Shown: positions 17,644 to 26,626 of the stretch, piece by piece
Layout of the letters: each line of letters begins with the position of its first letter
Numbering within the stretch: position 1 is the first letter of the stretch
NCBI GenBank assembly: GCA_040880505.1
Contig: JBBDIH010000034.1
Location: 6,442 to 49,212 of the forward strand
Direction: 5' to 3'
DNA: 42,771 nucleotides
Source: Minisyncoccota bacterium
GTDB lineage: Bacteria; Patescibacteriota; Minisyncoccia; UBA6257; GWB1-50-10
The notes under the pieces: model-generated
The model's database searches: none
Seen by the model: the letters and a program-made list of their open reading frames with translations, nothing else
Told to the model about the DNA's origin: nothing
Translations under genes and position numbers: made by a program

Positions 17644-18195
17644 ATGAGTAAGGACAAAAAGTTAGTCAAAAAGGCTCAAAAGGGTGATTCTAATGCCTTT
17701 GGAAAACTATACGATAAATATATAGACAGAATATACCGTTATATCTTCATTAGAGTTAGTAACAAAACAGAAGCAGAAGATGTAACACAACAAGTTTTTC
17801 TAAAAGCTTGGAAAAATATAAACAGATACGAAACTCAAAAAAATACCCCCTTCTCTAGTTGGTTATACACAATAGCTAAAAATTCCATAATAGATTATTA
17901 CAGAAAAGACAGAGATCATTTAGATATAGATTTTGTCTCAGATAAAATCTCTACATCAGAAAAACACCAAGAAGAAAAAACTGACACAGAACTAAGAATA
18001 GAATTAGTAAAAAACCAACTAAACAGGCTCTCCGAAGATGAACAAGATGTATTAATAATGAGATTCATTGATGAAATGTCTAATAAAGAAGTTGCTAAAA
18101 TAACAGGTAAAACAAGTGGAGCTGTTAGAGTAATGCAACACAGAGCTTTAAAAAAACTAAAGAAACAGATTAAGAAACAATATCATGATGGATAA
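17644..18195 (+). CDS. ECF (group 4) RNA polymerase sigma factor
   Basis: AQKGDSNAFGKLYDKY...IYRYI, AEDVTQQVFLKAW, FSSWLYTIAKN...D; region 4 L...EQDVLIMRF..EMS.KEVA...GK..GAVRV..HRAL.KL. Confidence 0.95.
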   Translation: MSKDKKLVKKAQKGDSNAFGKLYDKYIDRIYRYIFIRVSNKTEAEDVTQQVFLKAWKNINRYETQKNTPFSSWLYTIAKNSIIDYYRKDRDHLDIDFVSDKISTSEKHQEEKTDTELRIELVKNQLNRLSEDEQDVLIMRFIDEMSNKEVAKITGKTSGAVRVMQHRALKKLKKQIKKQYHDG

Positions 18196-18637
18196 AGAAA
18201 CATTAAAACAATTTAAAATTCTTAAAGTAATTAAGCCTGATGAAGACTTTAAACAAAGCACAAGAAATATAATTCTTGCTCAAAAACCTGTTGAAAACAG
18301 AGGATTTAGCTTTTTACCAAAAGTAATAGCATTCACAGCCGCTCTGTCCGTAATACTTGTTGGGTTTATTGGATTTAACAGTTTAAGTAATCCTAGTTTA
18401 GCTTCTTTAGATCAAGAAGAATTAAACAATGAAATAATGCAAAGCTTACAAATAGAAGAAATAGAATATAGACAAAACATTAATGAGACAATAGCTTCAG
18501 CACTATCAGAGGTTTCAAGTTCTAGAAGTAATCACTTGGACCCTTCTATTTTAGAATCAGAAAATACCTTTATTCAAAATAAACAAATTAACAGAGATGA
18601 AGAAGTTGGCGAACTTCTCAATCAAATAATATTTTAA
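18185..18637 (+). CDS. Single-TM protein, putative anti-sigma factor
   Basis: Overlaps the sigma stop; short cytoplasmic N-terminus (PDEDFKQSTR), one TM, extracellular C-terminus. Confidence 0.55.
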   Translation: MMDKETLKQFKILKVIKPDEDFKQSTRNIILAQKPVENRGFSFLPKVIAFTAALSVILVGFIGFNSLSNPSLASLDQEELNNEIMQSLQIEEIEYRQNINETIASALSEVSSSRSNHLDPSILESENTFIQNKQINRDEEVGELLNQIIF

Positions 18638-18640
18638 TCC

Positions 18641-19459
18641 ATGAAAAACAAAGATAAAAAACAAAGATTTGCAGTAAAAATTATATTAATTACTTTTCTA
18701 ACTATATTTTCATTTTCTATTAATGTTGCCTCAGCACAAACTGAAGAAGTAAAAAAAGCTGTTGAAGAGACAAGAGAAAGCGTAAACGAATTAATAGAAG
18801 CTAAGGATGAAGAGAGTCCTCTAGATTTAGGCTTAAGAATAGAAACATTTAAGAAAGCGATTAACTTGTCTATAGCCGAAGCAAAAGACCTAAAAGTAAA
18901 ATTAATAGCAGAAGATGACATAGAAAATGAAGATTTTATAATCTGGAGAGAAGAATCTTTAGTAATAATTAATAATTCTTTAGATTATTATGAAAAATTT
19001 AAAGAGTATACAGAAGTTAATAAAAATAGAATAAATGAAGACGTAATAAAAGACATAGCTCTTCAATTTAAAGAAGAGAGAGAAGAAAAATTTATCAAAA
19101 TAAATAAAGAAATTAGAAACTTTCTATTAATTCAAAAAGCTAAAGAAACTATTGATATAACCAATAAAAGATGGGGAAGAATAGAAACAGATCTAGAAAA
19201 TCTTGAAGAAGCTGAGTTTATAGATGAAAACTCTGATCTTTGGAGTTTATTGGATCAATCAAAAGTATTTATAGAAAAAGGTGACAAATTAATTGTTGAA
19301 GCCGAAGAAAATTTCTACAATCAAAAAATAAGAAAAACAATACCGGACAATTTAGATTTATCAATAAAAGATGATTTAATCGCATCTCTAAATGAAATGA
19401 GAAGCGCTTATCAGGTCTTTATTGAAATGAGCAACATGGTGAGGGATTTGCTCAAATAA
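18641..19459 (+). CDS. Hypothetical secreted alpha-helical protein
   Basis: Signal peptide ending INVASA-Q; Glu/Lys-rich helical body; co-transcribed with the ECF sigma. Confidence 0.65.
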   Translation: MKNKDKKQRFAVKIILITFLTIFSFSINVASAQTEEVKKAVEETRESVNELIEAKDEESPLDLGLRIETFKKAINLSIAEAKDLKVKLIAEDDIENEDFIIWREESLVIINNSLDYYEKFKEYTEVNKNRINEDVIKDIALQFKEEREEKFIKINKEIRNFLLIQKAKETIDITNKRWGRIETDLENLEEAEFIDENSDLWSLLDQSKVFIEKGDKLIVEAEENFYNQKIRKTIPDNLDLSIKDDLIASLNEMRSAYQVFIEMSNMVRDLLK

Positions 19460-19478
19460 AAAGTAAAAAGTCGAAATT

Positions 19479-19506
19479 TTAAAACCCCCCATTTGGGGGG
19501 TTTTAA
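19479..19506. terminator. Bidirectional terminator
   Basis: ttaaaacccccc-attt-ggggggttttaa (12-bp stem) between convergent genes. Confidence 0.8.
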
Positions 19507-19524
19507 GTTTTTAATTTCTTCCAA

Positions 19525-19800
19525 CTATTTAACTGCCTCTTTTAATCCTTTACCTGCTTTAAACTTTGGTAAAGTAGTTGCTGCTATTTGAATTTTTTCT
19601 CCTGTTTGAGGGTTAACACCCATTCTTGCAGCTCTTTTTGTTGTTCTAAAACTTCCAAAACCAGTGACTCCTACATCTTCACCTTTTGCTAAAGTTTCTG
19701 TGATAATATCAAAAATTGCATCAACAGCATCTTTAGCTTGTTTTTTAGTTTCAAAATCGACTCTCTCTAAAACTGCATCAATTAATTCTCCTTTTTTCAT
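19525..19800 (-). CDS. hup: Histone-like DNA-binding protein HU
   Basis: MKKGELID, I.ETLAKGE.V..TGFGSF, R.GVNPQTGE.I.I.A...PKFKAGK.LK. Confidence 0.96.
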   Translation of the reverse strand: MKKGELIDAVLERVDFETKKQAKDAVDAIFDIITETLAKGEDVGVTGFGSFRTTKRAARMGVNPQTGEKIQIAATTLPKFKAGKGLKEAVK

Positions 19801-19853
19801 AAATTTTATTATTTAATTTTATTATTTACGACTTAATAAATATTATAGGTGGA

Positions 19854-21383
19854 TTATTTAGCATATTCAACAGCCTTCACTTCTCTAATCACTATAACTT
19901 TTACTTCTCCAGGATAGTTTATATCTGATTGAATTTTATTAGCTATTTTTTTAGCTAACTGCAAAGCAGCAAAATCATCAATTTTTTCTGGTACTGCAAA
20001 AACTCTAACTTCTCTTCCAGCAGAAAGTGCATAAACCTTTTGAACACCTTCAAACCCTAAAGCCACTTTTTCTATCTCTTCAATTCTTTTCAGGTACTTC
20101 TCTAATGTGTCTCTTCTAGCTCCTGGTCTAGCAGCAGAAATCGCATCAGCAGCAGCTACAATGTAAGAAGCTGGTGATGAATAAGGAAATTCATCATGAT
20201 GAGATTCCATAGCTTTTATAACTTCATCTTTTATTCCATATTTCTTCAGTAGTTTTCTACCTATTTCAACATGAGTACCTTCAATATCATGATCTATTGC
20301 TTTTCCAATGTCATGAACAAAAGCACCTTTTTTAGTTGTTTCAACATCAACACCTAATTCAGCTGCTATCATCCCAGCAATATGAGTCATTTCAATAGAA
20401 TGATCCAAAACATTTTGACCATAACTAGTTCTAAATTTTAATCTTCCCATAAGATGAATTATTTCTTTTGGTAAGTCTAAAATACCAACATCATAAGCAG
20501 CTTCTTCTCCTACTTTTGTAACATGTTCTTCTAATTCTTCTCTGGCCTCTTCTACCTTTTCTTCTATTTTAGCAGGTTGAATTCTTCCATCCTTGATTAA
20601 TTTCTCTAATGCAATTTTTGCTAACTCTCTTCTATAAGGATCAAAGGAAGAAAGAGTTATACTTTCAGGCGCATCATCAACAATAACTTCTACACCTGTA
20701 AGTTTCTCAAAAGCTCTTATGTTTCTACCTTCTCTACCAATAATTTTTCCTTTTAAATCATCATTTGGTAAAGAGACAGTAGAAGTTGTTATGTCATTTA
20801 TATTGTCCCTAACATACCTCTGAATTGAAGAAGTAATTATATCTAACCCCTTCTTCTCTAATTTTTCTTTCTTATCTTTTTCAAAGTCAATTATTTTTCT
20901 AGCTAAGTCTTCTTTGTATTCTACTTCTAACTCATTAAAAAGCTTTTTCTTTGCATCCTCCCTGGTTAAACCTGAAATTTTCTCAAGTTCTTCTAAGATT
21001 TTTTGATTTCTTTTATTAATCTCTTCTTTTTCTTTTTCTACCTCCTCTTTCTTTTCTTCATAATCATTAATTTTACTATCTATTCCTTTTTTTTCTTCTT
21101 TTAAATCGTCCTCTCTTTCATGAAGTCTTTCCTCTAGTTTTCTTAATTCTCTCTTTCTTTCTTTTTCTTCTGATTGAATCTCAGAAAGAATAGTAGAAGC
21201 CTTATCCTTTGCTTTAAGGATAATATCTTTTGCTTCTGTTTTTGCTTCTTCTAGCTCAACTTTTACTTTTTTCTCTAGAGACTCCCTTCTTGAAGCCGCT
21301 AAAAAGCGCCTGACTGAATAGCCTATAAGTATTCCTAGTGCCAATAATAATCCTCCCATTAAGGGTGTAATTTCTGTAATCAT
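19854..21383 (-). CDS. rny: Ribonuclease Y
   Basis: N-terminal TM, coiled coil, KH domain KGKIIGREGRNIR, HD domain HS...HDIGK, ADAISAARPGAR. Confidence 0.97.
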   Translation of the reverse strand: MITEITPLMGGLLLALGILIGYSVRRFLAASRRESLEKKVKVELEEAKTEAKDIILKAKDKASTILSEIQSEEKERKRELRKLEERLHEREDDLKEEKKGIDSKINDYEEKKEEVEKEKEEINKRNQKILEELEKISGLTREDAKKKLFNELEVEYKEDLARKIIDFEKDKKEKLEKKGLDIITSSIQRYVRDNINDITTSTVSLPNDDLKGKIIGREGRNIRAFEKLTGVEVIVDDAPESITLSSFDPYRRELAKIALEKLIKDGRIQPAKIEEKVEEAREELEEHVTKVGEEAAYDVGILDLPKEIIHLMGRLKFRTSYGQNVLDHSIEMTHIAGMIAAELGVDVETTKKGAFVHDIGKAIDHDIEGTHVEIGRKLLKKYGIKDEVIKAMESHHDEFPYSSPASYIVAAADAISAARPGARRDTLEKYLKRIEEIEKVALGFEGVQKVYALSAGREVRVFAVPEKIDDFAALQLAKKIANKIQSDINYPGEVKVIVIREVKAVEYAK

Positions 21384-21463
21384 AATTATTTAAAGATAAA
21401 ATTTTACTCGACATTTTTATCATCTTATTATCATAATAATTCAATTTTTCTATAAGAACAAAT

Positions 21464-21492
21464 GTTTAGTTCCCTCATTGGGGGACCTAAAC
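21464..21492. repeat. REP-like palindrome (GTTTAGTTCC subtype)
   Basis: gtttagttccctcattgggggacctaaac followed by accg; nearly the reverse complement of the 23796-23823 copy; lies between divergent genes. Confidence 0.7.
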
Positions 21493-21524
21493 ACCGAAAC
21501 TTTGATACTGTATACTAAGTTTAT

Positions 21525-23066
21525 ATGAAACAAACAGTAATACTATGCATCTTAGATGGTTGGGGCATAGGCCCAAAGGATGACAGTAACCCTATATACA
21601 GTTTAAATCCAAAAACAATTAAATATATAGAAAATAATTTTCCTTCTGGAACTTTAAAATCTGGTGGTATAACAGTTGGTCTCCCATGGGAAGAAGAGGG
21701 TAATAGTGAAGTTGGTCACTTAACAATAGGAGCCGGAAGAACTCTTTACCAGCATTATCTAAAAATTTCAGATTCAATAAAATCTGGTGATTTTTTTGAA
21801 AACGAAACACTTAAATCAGCCTTTAATCACTCAAAAGAGAATAGCTCATCTTGTCATTTAATTGGTCTATTAAGTGATGGAAATGTTCATGCTTCTATAG
21901 ATCACTTAAATGCTCTCTTACAAATGGCAAAAAATGAAGATATTAAAGATCTTTACCTTCATTTATTCACAGACGGAAGAGATGCTCCACCCAAATCAGC
22001 TGAAAAATTCATAGAAAAACTAAAAAATTCAATGAAAGAAATAGGCATAGGAAAAATATCCACCATATCTGGCAGGTACTGGGCCATGGACAGAGATGGG
22101 AAATGGGAAAACACAAAAAAAGTTTATGAAACGTTTTTTGGTAATGGAAATGAGAGTGATTTAGAAACAGAGATAAAAAAAACTTATGAAAAAAAATTAA
22201 ATGATGAATACATAGAACCATTTATTATAAATAAAGATGGTGCCATAAAAGACAATGATTCTGTAATATTTTTTAACTTTCGAGAAGACAGAATAAGACA
22301 AATTGCCGAACCTTTTCTTAATCCAGATTTCTCTCAATTTTCAGTAGATAAAAAAAGAAATCTTTTAGTCGCTACAATGACTAGTTATTTTGATAAATAT
22401 CCAACAAAAGTAGTTTTTGAAAAAGAAAAAGTAAAAAACACTTTAGGAGAAGTTTTAGCTAATAACAATAGAACACAATTAAGAGTAGCTGAATCAATGA
22501 AATGGGCTCATATAACTTACTTTTTAAATGGACTAAAAGAAGATCCCTTTCCTAATGAATTTAGAGTTTTAATTCCATCAGAAAAAATAGCAAGACCAGA
22601 AGAAAGCCCATCTATGAGAGCAAATGCCTTAACAGAAAGAGTTGTAGCATCGCTGAAAGAAGGGACTTTTGATTTTATAGCGGTAAACTATGCAAATCCT
22701 GATGTAATAGCTCATACAGGCAACTACAAAGCCACTAAAGAAGCTGTAGAAGTAATAGACAAGCAACTAGACAGGATAATAAAAGAAGTTTTGAGTAATA
22801 ACCATGTTTTGTTAATAACTTCAGATCATGGAAATGCAGAAAGTGTTTTTGACTTAAAAACTGGAGAAGTAGAAACAAAGCATAACTCCAACCCAGTGCC
22901 AATATATTTAATTGGTAATGACTTTAAAAAACAAAATATAAATTCTGGTAGATTACAAAATGTGGGAGTTTTAGCTGATGTTGCACCAACAATATTAGAT
23001 ATAATGAACATAAAAATGCCGGATGAAATGACCGGCACTAGTTTATTAAATTTATTTCCTCAATAA
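21525..23066 (+). CDS. gpmI: 2,3-bisphosphoglycerate-independent phosphoglycerate mutase
   Basis: ILDGWG, GNSEVGH, TDGRD, GRYWAMDRD, FNFREDR, NYANPDVIAHTG, TSDHGNAE. Confidence 0.97.
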   Translation: MKQTVILCILDGWGIGPKDDSNPIYSLNPKTIKYIENNFPSGTLKSGGITVGLPWEEEGNSEVGHLTIGAGRTLYQHYLKISDSIKSGDFFENETLKSAFNHSKENSSSCHLIGLLSDGNVHASIDHLNALLQMAKNEDIKDLYLHLFTDGRDAPPKSAEKFIEKLKNSMKEIGIGKISTISGRYWAMDRDGKWENTKKVYETFFGNGNESDLETEIKKTYEKKLNDEYIEPFIINKDGAIKDNDSVIFFNFREDRIRQIAEPFLNPDFSQFSVDKKRNLLVATMTSYFDKYPTKVVFEKEKVKNTLGEVLANNNRTQLRVAESMKWAHITYFLNGLKEDPFPNEFRVLIPSEKIARPEESPSMRANALTERVVASLKEGTFDFIAVNYANPDVIAHTGNYKATKEAVEVIDKQLDRIIKEVLSNNHVLLITSDHGNAESVFDLKTGEVETKHNSNPVPIYLIGNDFKKQNINSGRLQNVGVLADVAPTILDIMNIKMPDEMTGTSLLNLFPQ

Positions 23067-23070
23067 AGAT

Positions 23071-23178
23071 TTATAAAAACAATCCTGGTGCATACATCAA
23101 AACAAGTAAAAGCACCATAATAGCTACAACAAACCCAACAACAACTTTTTTTAGTTTTTCTTTTGTGTTTTTTTTCAT
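23071..23178 (-). CDS. Small single-TM peptide (35 aa; not in ORF track)
   Basis: MKKNTKEKLKKVVVGFVVAIMVLLLVLMYAPGLFL: basic N-terminus plus about 24 hydrophobic residues; fills the gap between gpmI and the exonuclease gene. Confidence 0.55.
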   Translation of the reverse strand: MKKNTKEKLKKVVVGFVVAIMVLLLVLMYAPGLFL

Positions 23179-23201
23179 AATTCTGAAAGCTTATATCTTT
23201 A

Positions 23202-23765
23202 TTATAACAAACTTTTTTGATTATTAGATTTTTCGAACTTTAAATCCACTTTCTTTATATCATCTGATTTTTTCTGAGGAACCCACAAATAACCCTTATC
23301 AACAATCAAATCAAAAATTTTTTTAGTAATTTTTACATCCTGTAAACAATACTCTTTTAGTTTTTCCATGTCCCCTCTCTGATACATTTTTATAGCTTCC
23401 ATTCCATCACTTGTTTTTTCAATACCAAGGTTAGTTTTTCCTACTTCATCTAATTTTACCCATATACCTTCAGCACTTCTTATTTCTTCAAAGATGTCAT
23501 AATGAGGGACAGCAGTTAAATCAAAACTTAAATATTTATTTAAAACAGGCACATCAAAGTACTTACTATTAAAGCCTATCAGTGGATTTGCCTTTTTGAA
23601 AAATTCTCCTAATTCTTCTAATTCGTTTTCATTAAATACTCTATAACTATCGTTTTCATACGAATATGTCCCTACGACAGATATTTCTAAATCTTTAAAA
23701 TTCTGCTTTCCTCCAACATCAAGAAAAGAGTTTTTAGTTTCTATATCAAATACAATTTTATCCAT
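23202..23765 (-). CDS. RNase H-like (DEDD/YprB-type) 3'-5' exonuclease domain protein
   Basis: VFDIET, IGFNSKYFDVP, KL.EV....LG..K, YCLQDV.IT. Confidence 0.85.
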   Translation of the reverse strand: MDKIVFDIETKNSFLDVGGKQNFKDLEISVVGTYSYENDSYRVFNENELEELGEFFKKANPLIGFNSKYFDVPVLNKYLSFDLTAVPHYDIFEEIRSAEGIWVKLDEVGKTNLGIEKTSDGMEAIKMYQRGDMEKLKEYCLQDVKITKKIFDLIVDKGYLWVPQKKSDDIKKVDLKFEKSNNQKSLL

Positions 23766-23795
23766 ACAAAAATATTAAATTAAAAACGCCCAAAA

Positions 23796-23823
23796 GTTTA
23801 GTTCCCCAATGGAGGAACTAAAC
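23796..23823. repeat. REP-like palindrome (GTTTAGTTCC subtype)
   Basis: gtttagttcc-ccaatgga-ggaactaaac, perfect 10-bp stem, followed by accg. Confidence 0.75.
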
Positions 23824-23842
23824 ACCGGCACGTTATTTTTAA

Positions 23843-24310
23843 CTACTCTGCTAACTTAATATTAGAACCATCAAACTCTGTAATGTTTTTAATATTATCT
23901 GCTCCCTCAATAGACACTCTATCACCCTCATTTAAATCAGAAAGAGATATGCTATTATTCTCAGCATCTAATATATTAGTAGAATCAACTATATTAACAG
24001 TAATCTCAATCTCATTTCCTTCTTCCATATGAGAAGCATCAGAATTTACCATAATAAAATCACTGCCAACTGAAATTATTGTTCCCATAGTGTTAAACAC
24101 TGCAGAAGGTAAACTTCTTGTATCAGATTCTTCTTCGCTTTCCTCAAAAAATTCATTCTCTTCATTTTCATCTTGATCTTGAGAAACTTCTTCCTCATCT
24201 ACTTCTTGATTATTGATGTTAACATCATTTTGATTATAACTAATAAATACAATTAGACCTGCTATAACTAAAACTGCCACTAGTAACGTAATAATATTTT
24301 GTTTACTCAT
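23843..24310 (-). CDS. Hypothetical membrane-anchored protein with acidic linker and small beta-barrel (DUF5666-like) domain
   Basis: N-terminal TM, Glu-rich linker, GTIISVGSD.I.V ... ST.I......ISLSDL..GDRV.IEG. Confidence 0.6.
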   Translation of the reverse strand: MSKQNIITLLVAVLVIAGLIVFISYNQNDVNINNQEVDEEEVSQDQDENEENEFFEESEEESDTRSLPSAVFNTMGTIISVGSDFIMVNSDASHMEEGNEIEITVNIVDSTNILDAENNSISLSDLNEGDRVSIEGADNIKNITEFDGSNIKLAE

Positions 24311-24393
24311 AAAATTTAAAATAAGCTTATAAAGCGACCTTTTCTTATCTAATTAACCTAATTATATCACAATATAGATGATATAATAAAAAT

Positions 24394-25455
24394 ATGAATA
24401 GTATTTCCTTCATATTGCCTTGTAGAAATGAAAAAGAATCACTTCGAACGGTTATAAAAGATATTAAAAAAACATGCGATAAAGCAGGTGTAGATGATTA
24501 TGAGATTATTGTATCTGATTCTTCATGGGATGGATCTGATAAAATCGCTAAAGATGAAGGAGTTGTCCTAATAAAACATGACACAGAAGGATATGGCTTT
24601 GCAATTCGAGAAGGTGCAAACCACGCAACAAAAGACATTGTCATATTTGCTGACCCTGATGGAACATATGATTTTACAGAGTTTCCAAAATTAACAAAAC
24701 TATTAGAAAATAATGACATTGTTTTTGGAAATAGATTAAAAGGTGCAATAGAAAAAGGTGCAATGCCATTAACACACAGATTTATAGGGACACCTATTAT
24801 TAATACATTTTTAAAACTCTTATTTGGTATAGGTATAACTGATAGTCAGTCAGGTTTTAGAGCTTTAAAAACAAAAACATTTCACAATCTTAATCTCGCT
24901 ACAAACGGTATGGAATTTGCTAGCGAAATGATTATTCAGGCCTCTAAACAAAATTTATCTATGACTGAAATTCCGATATCTTATAGACAACGAGGTGGTG
25001 ACTCTAAATTAAGACCTTACAGAGATGGTTTTGCTCATATTAAATATATTATTTTAAAAACACATTTTTATCTGTATGCAATCCTAGGAGGAATTATAAC
25101 TTTACTTGGTTTGATTAGTATTATATTTGGAGATAATTTTGAAGGATTTTTAAATTCAGCAACTATGCAGATAATATTCCCCATATTAGGTATTCAGATA
25201 ATCTTTTTGGGATTATTTTCTAAAACATATTTATACACAAAATTTAATCAAGAAAATAAGTTTTTAAATAAATTTTATTCAATTTTCCAATTGAAACATG
25301 CATTTATTCTTGGGTTGTTGTTGCTTGGCGTACCTCTTATTATGAAAATATTAGGCTTTGGTGATATTTACTTTGAATTATTACTTGTATCTGTAATAAC
25401 AGGTATTCAAGTAATATTTAACTCTATTTATCTTTCTCAACTATCAATAGAATAG
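24394..25455 (+). CDS. Glycosyltransferase family 2 (polyprenol-phosphate glycosyltransferase/DPM1-like) with C-terminal TMs
   Basis: PCRNE, IIVSD..S.DG, G.G.A...G, DPDG, GNR, DSQSGFRA, FASEM, R.G.SKL. Confidence 0.9.
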   Translation: MNSISFILPCRNEKESLRTVIKDIKKTCDKAGVDDYEIIVSDSSWDGSDKIAKDEGVVLIKHDTEGYGFAIREGANHATKDIVIFADPDGTYDFTEFPKLTKLLENNDIVFGNRLKGAIEKGAMPLTHRFIGTPIINTFLKLLFGIGITDSQSGFRALKTKTFHNLNLATNGMEFASEMIIQASKQNLSMTEIPISYRQRGGDSKLRPYRDGFAHIKYIILKTHFYLYAILGGIITLLGLISIIFGDNFEGFLNSATMQIIFPILGIQIIFLGLFSKTYLYTKFNQENKFLNKFYSIFQLKHAFILGLLLLGVPLIMKILGFGDIYFELLLVSVITGIQVIFNSIYLSQLSIE

Positions 25456-25506
25456 TTATCCCCAGAAATTTATGCCTCCCGAGGGCATAAATTTCTGGGG
25501 ATAACT
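25454..25506. repeat. REP-like long palindrome (23-bp arms, 7-nt loop)
   Basis: agttatccccagaaatttatgcc-tcccgag-ggcataaatttctggggataact; core 25468-25492 is identical to 9755-9779. Confidence 0.9.
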
Positions 25507-25523
25507 TTTATTCAGATGCTATT

Positions 25524-26621
25524 ATGAAAAAAATTCTAGTTATAAATAAATACTGTCCGCTTCATCCAAAAGCAGGAGGAGCCGAAGTGAGGTTAAAAGA
25601 TATTTTTTCTCGCATTGGAAAAAATCACAAAGTATATCTTTTAACTGCTATGTTCCCAGGAGCAAAAAGAAAAGAGACTTATGAAAATATTAATATTATA
25701 AGATTGGGAAAAACTGATTCAGAAAATACTATAAGAATTCATTTTCTTATAGTTTTATTAATTAGAAAATATCTAAAAAAAATAAAACCAGATGTTTTAT
25801 ATGAAGATATAAGTGTACTTCCATTTTTTACTCCAATTCTCTGCCCTAGTCAGGAAAAAGTAGTTATTATTCATCATTTAAATAAAAGGGATTTTTTCAA
25901 ATCACAAAGACTTATCTTTGCTCTTATTGGTTATTTAGCAGAAATATCTTTTTTATTCACTTACAAAAAACAAAAGGTGATTGTGGTTAGTGAATGGATG
26001 AAAGATGAATTAGAAAAGAAAAATTTTAAAGATGTAACAAAAATACTGAACGGAACAAGTAAAAAATTATTTAGTGATAAAAAATACAACAAAAACCCTA
26101 CTGTTCTTTTTTTAGGAAGATTAGAAAAAAGAAAAGGGATAGATCTTTTTCTAAAAACTTATCCATTGGTGATAAAAAGGGTTTCAAATGTTAATTATAT
26201 TGTTGCCGGTGAAGAATTTAAATTTAAAAGAAAAGGATTTTCTTTAGAGAAGCTAAAAGAAAAATATAAAAATATACAGTTTCTAGGTTACGTTACTGAA
26301 GAAAAGAAAAAGCAACTACTAGAAAGTTGCTGGCTATACGTAGCTCCATCAATAATTGAAGGTTACGGAATTAGCGTGCTCGAAGCAAATTCTACCGGAA
26401 CATTTGTTATAGGCAATAAAGTAAAAGGATTAAACGAATCCATAAAAGATAAAAAAACTGGTCAATTAATAGATTGTTATAATACTAAAATATTCGCAAA
26501 AACCATTATAAACTGGTTAGATAAAAATAAATTAAAAGAAAAGGAGGAGAACTGTAAAAAATGGGCTAAAAAACATGACTGGGATAAAGCTGCATTAGAA
26601 ACAGAAAAACTAATAATCTAA
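25524..26621 (+). CDS. Glycosyltransferase family 4 (GT-B)
   Basis: HP.AGGAE, VLFLGRLEKRKG, FLGYV, PSIIEGYGISVLEA. Confidence 0.92.
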   Translation: MKKILVINKYCPLHPKAGGAEVRLKDIFSRIGKNHKVYLLTAMFPGAKRKETYENINIIRLGKTDSENTIRIHFLIVLLIRKYLKKIKPDVLYEDISVLPFFTPILCPSQEKVVIIHHLNKRDFFKSQRLIFALIGYLAEISFLFTYKKQKVIVVSEWMKDELEKKNFKDVTKILNGTSKKLFSDKKYNKNPTVLFLGRLEKRKGIDLFLKTYPLVIKRVSNVNYIVAGEEFKFKRKGFSLEKLKEKYKNIQFLGYVTEEKKKQLLESCWLYVAPSIIEGYGISVLEANSTGTFVIGNKVKGLNESIKDKKTGQLIDCYNTKIFAKTIINWLDKNKLKEKEENCKKWAKKHDWDKAALETEKLII

Positions 26622-26626
26622 TAAAT

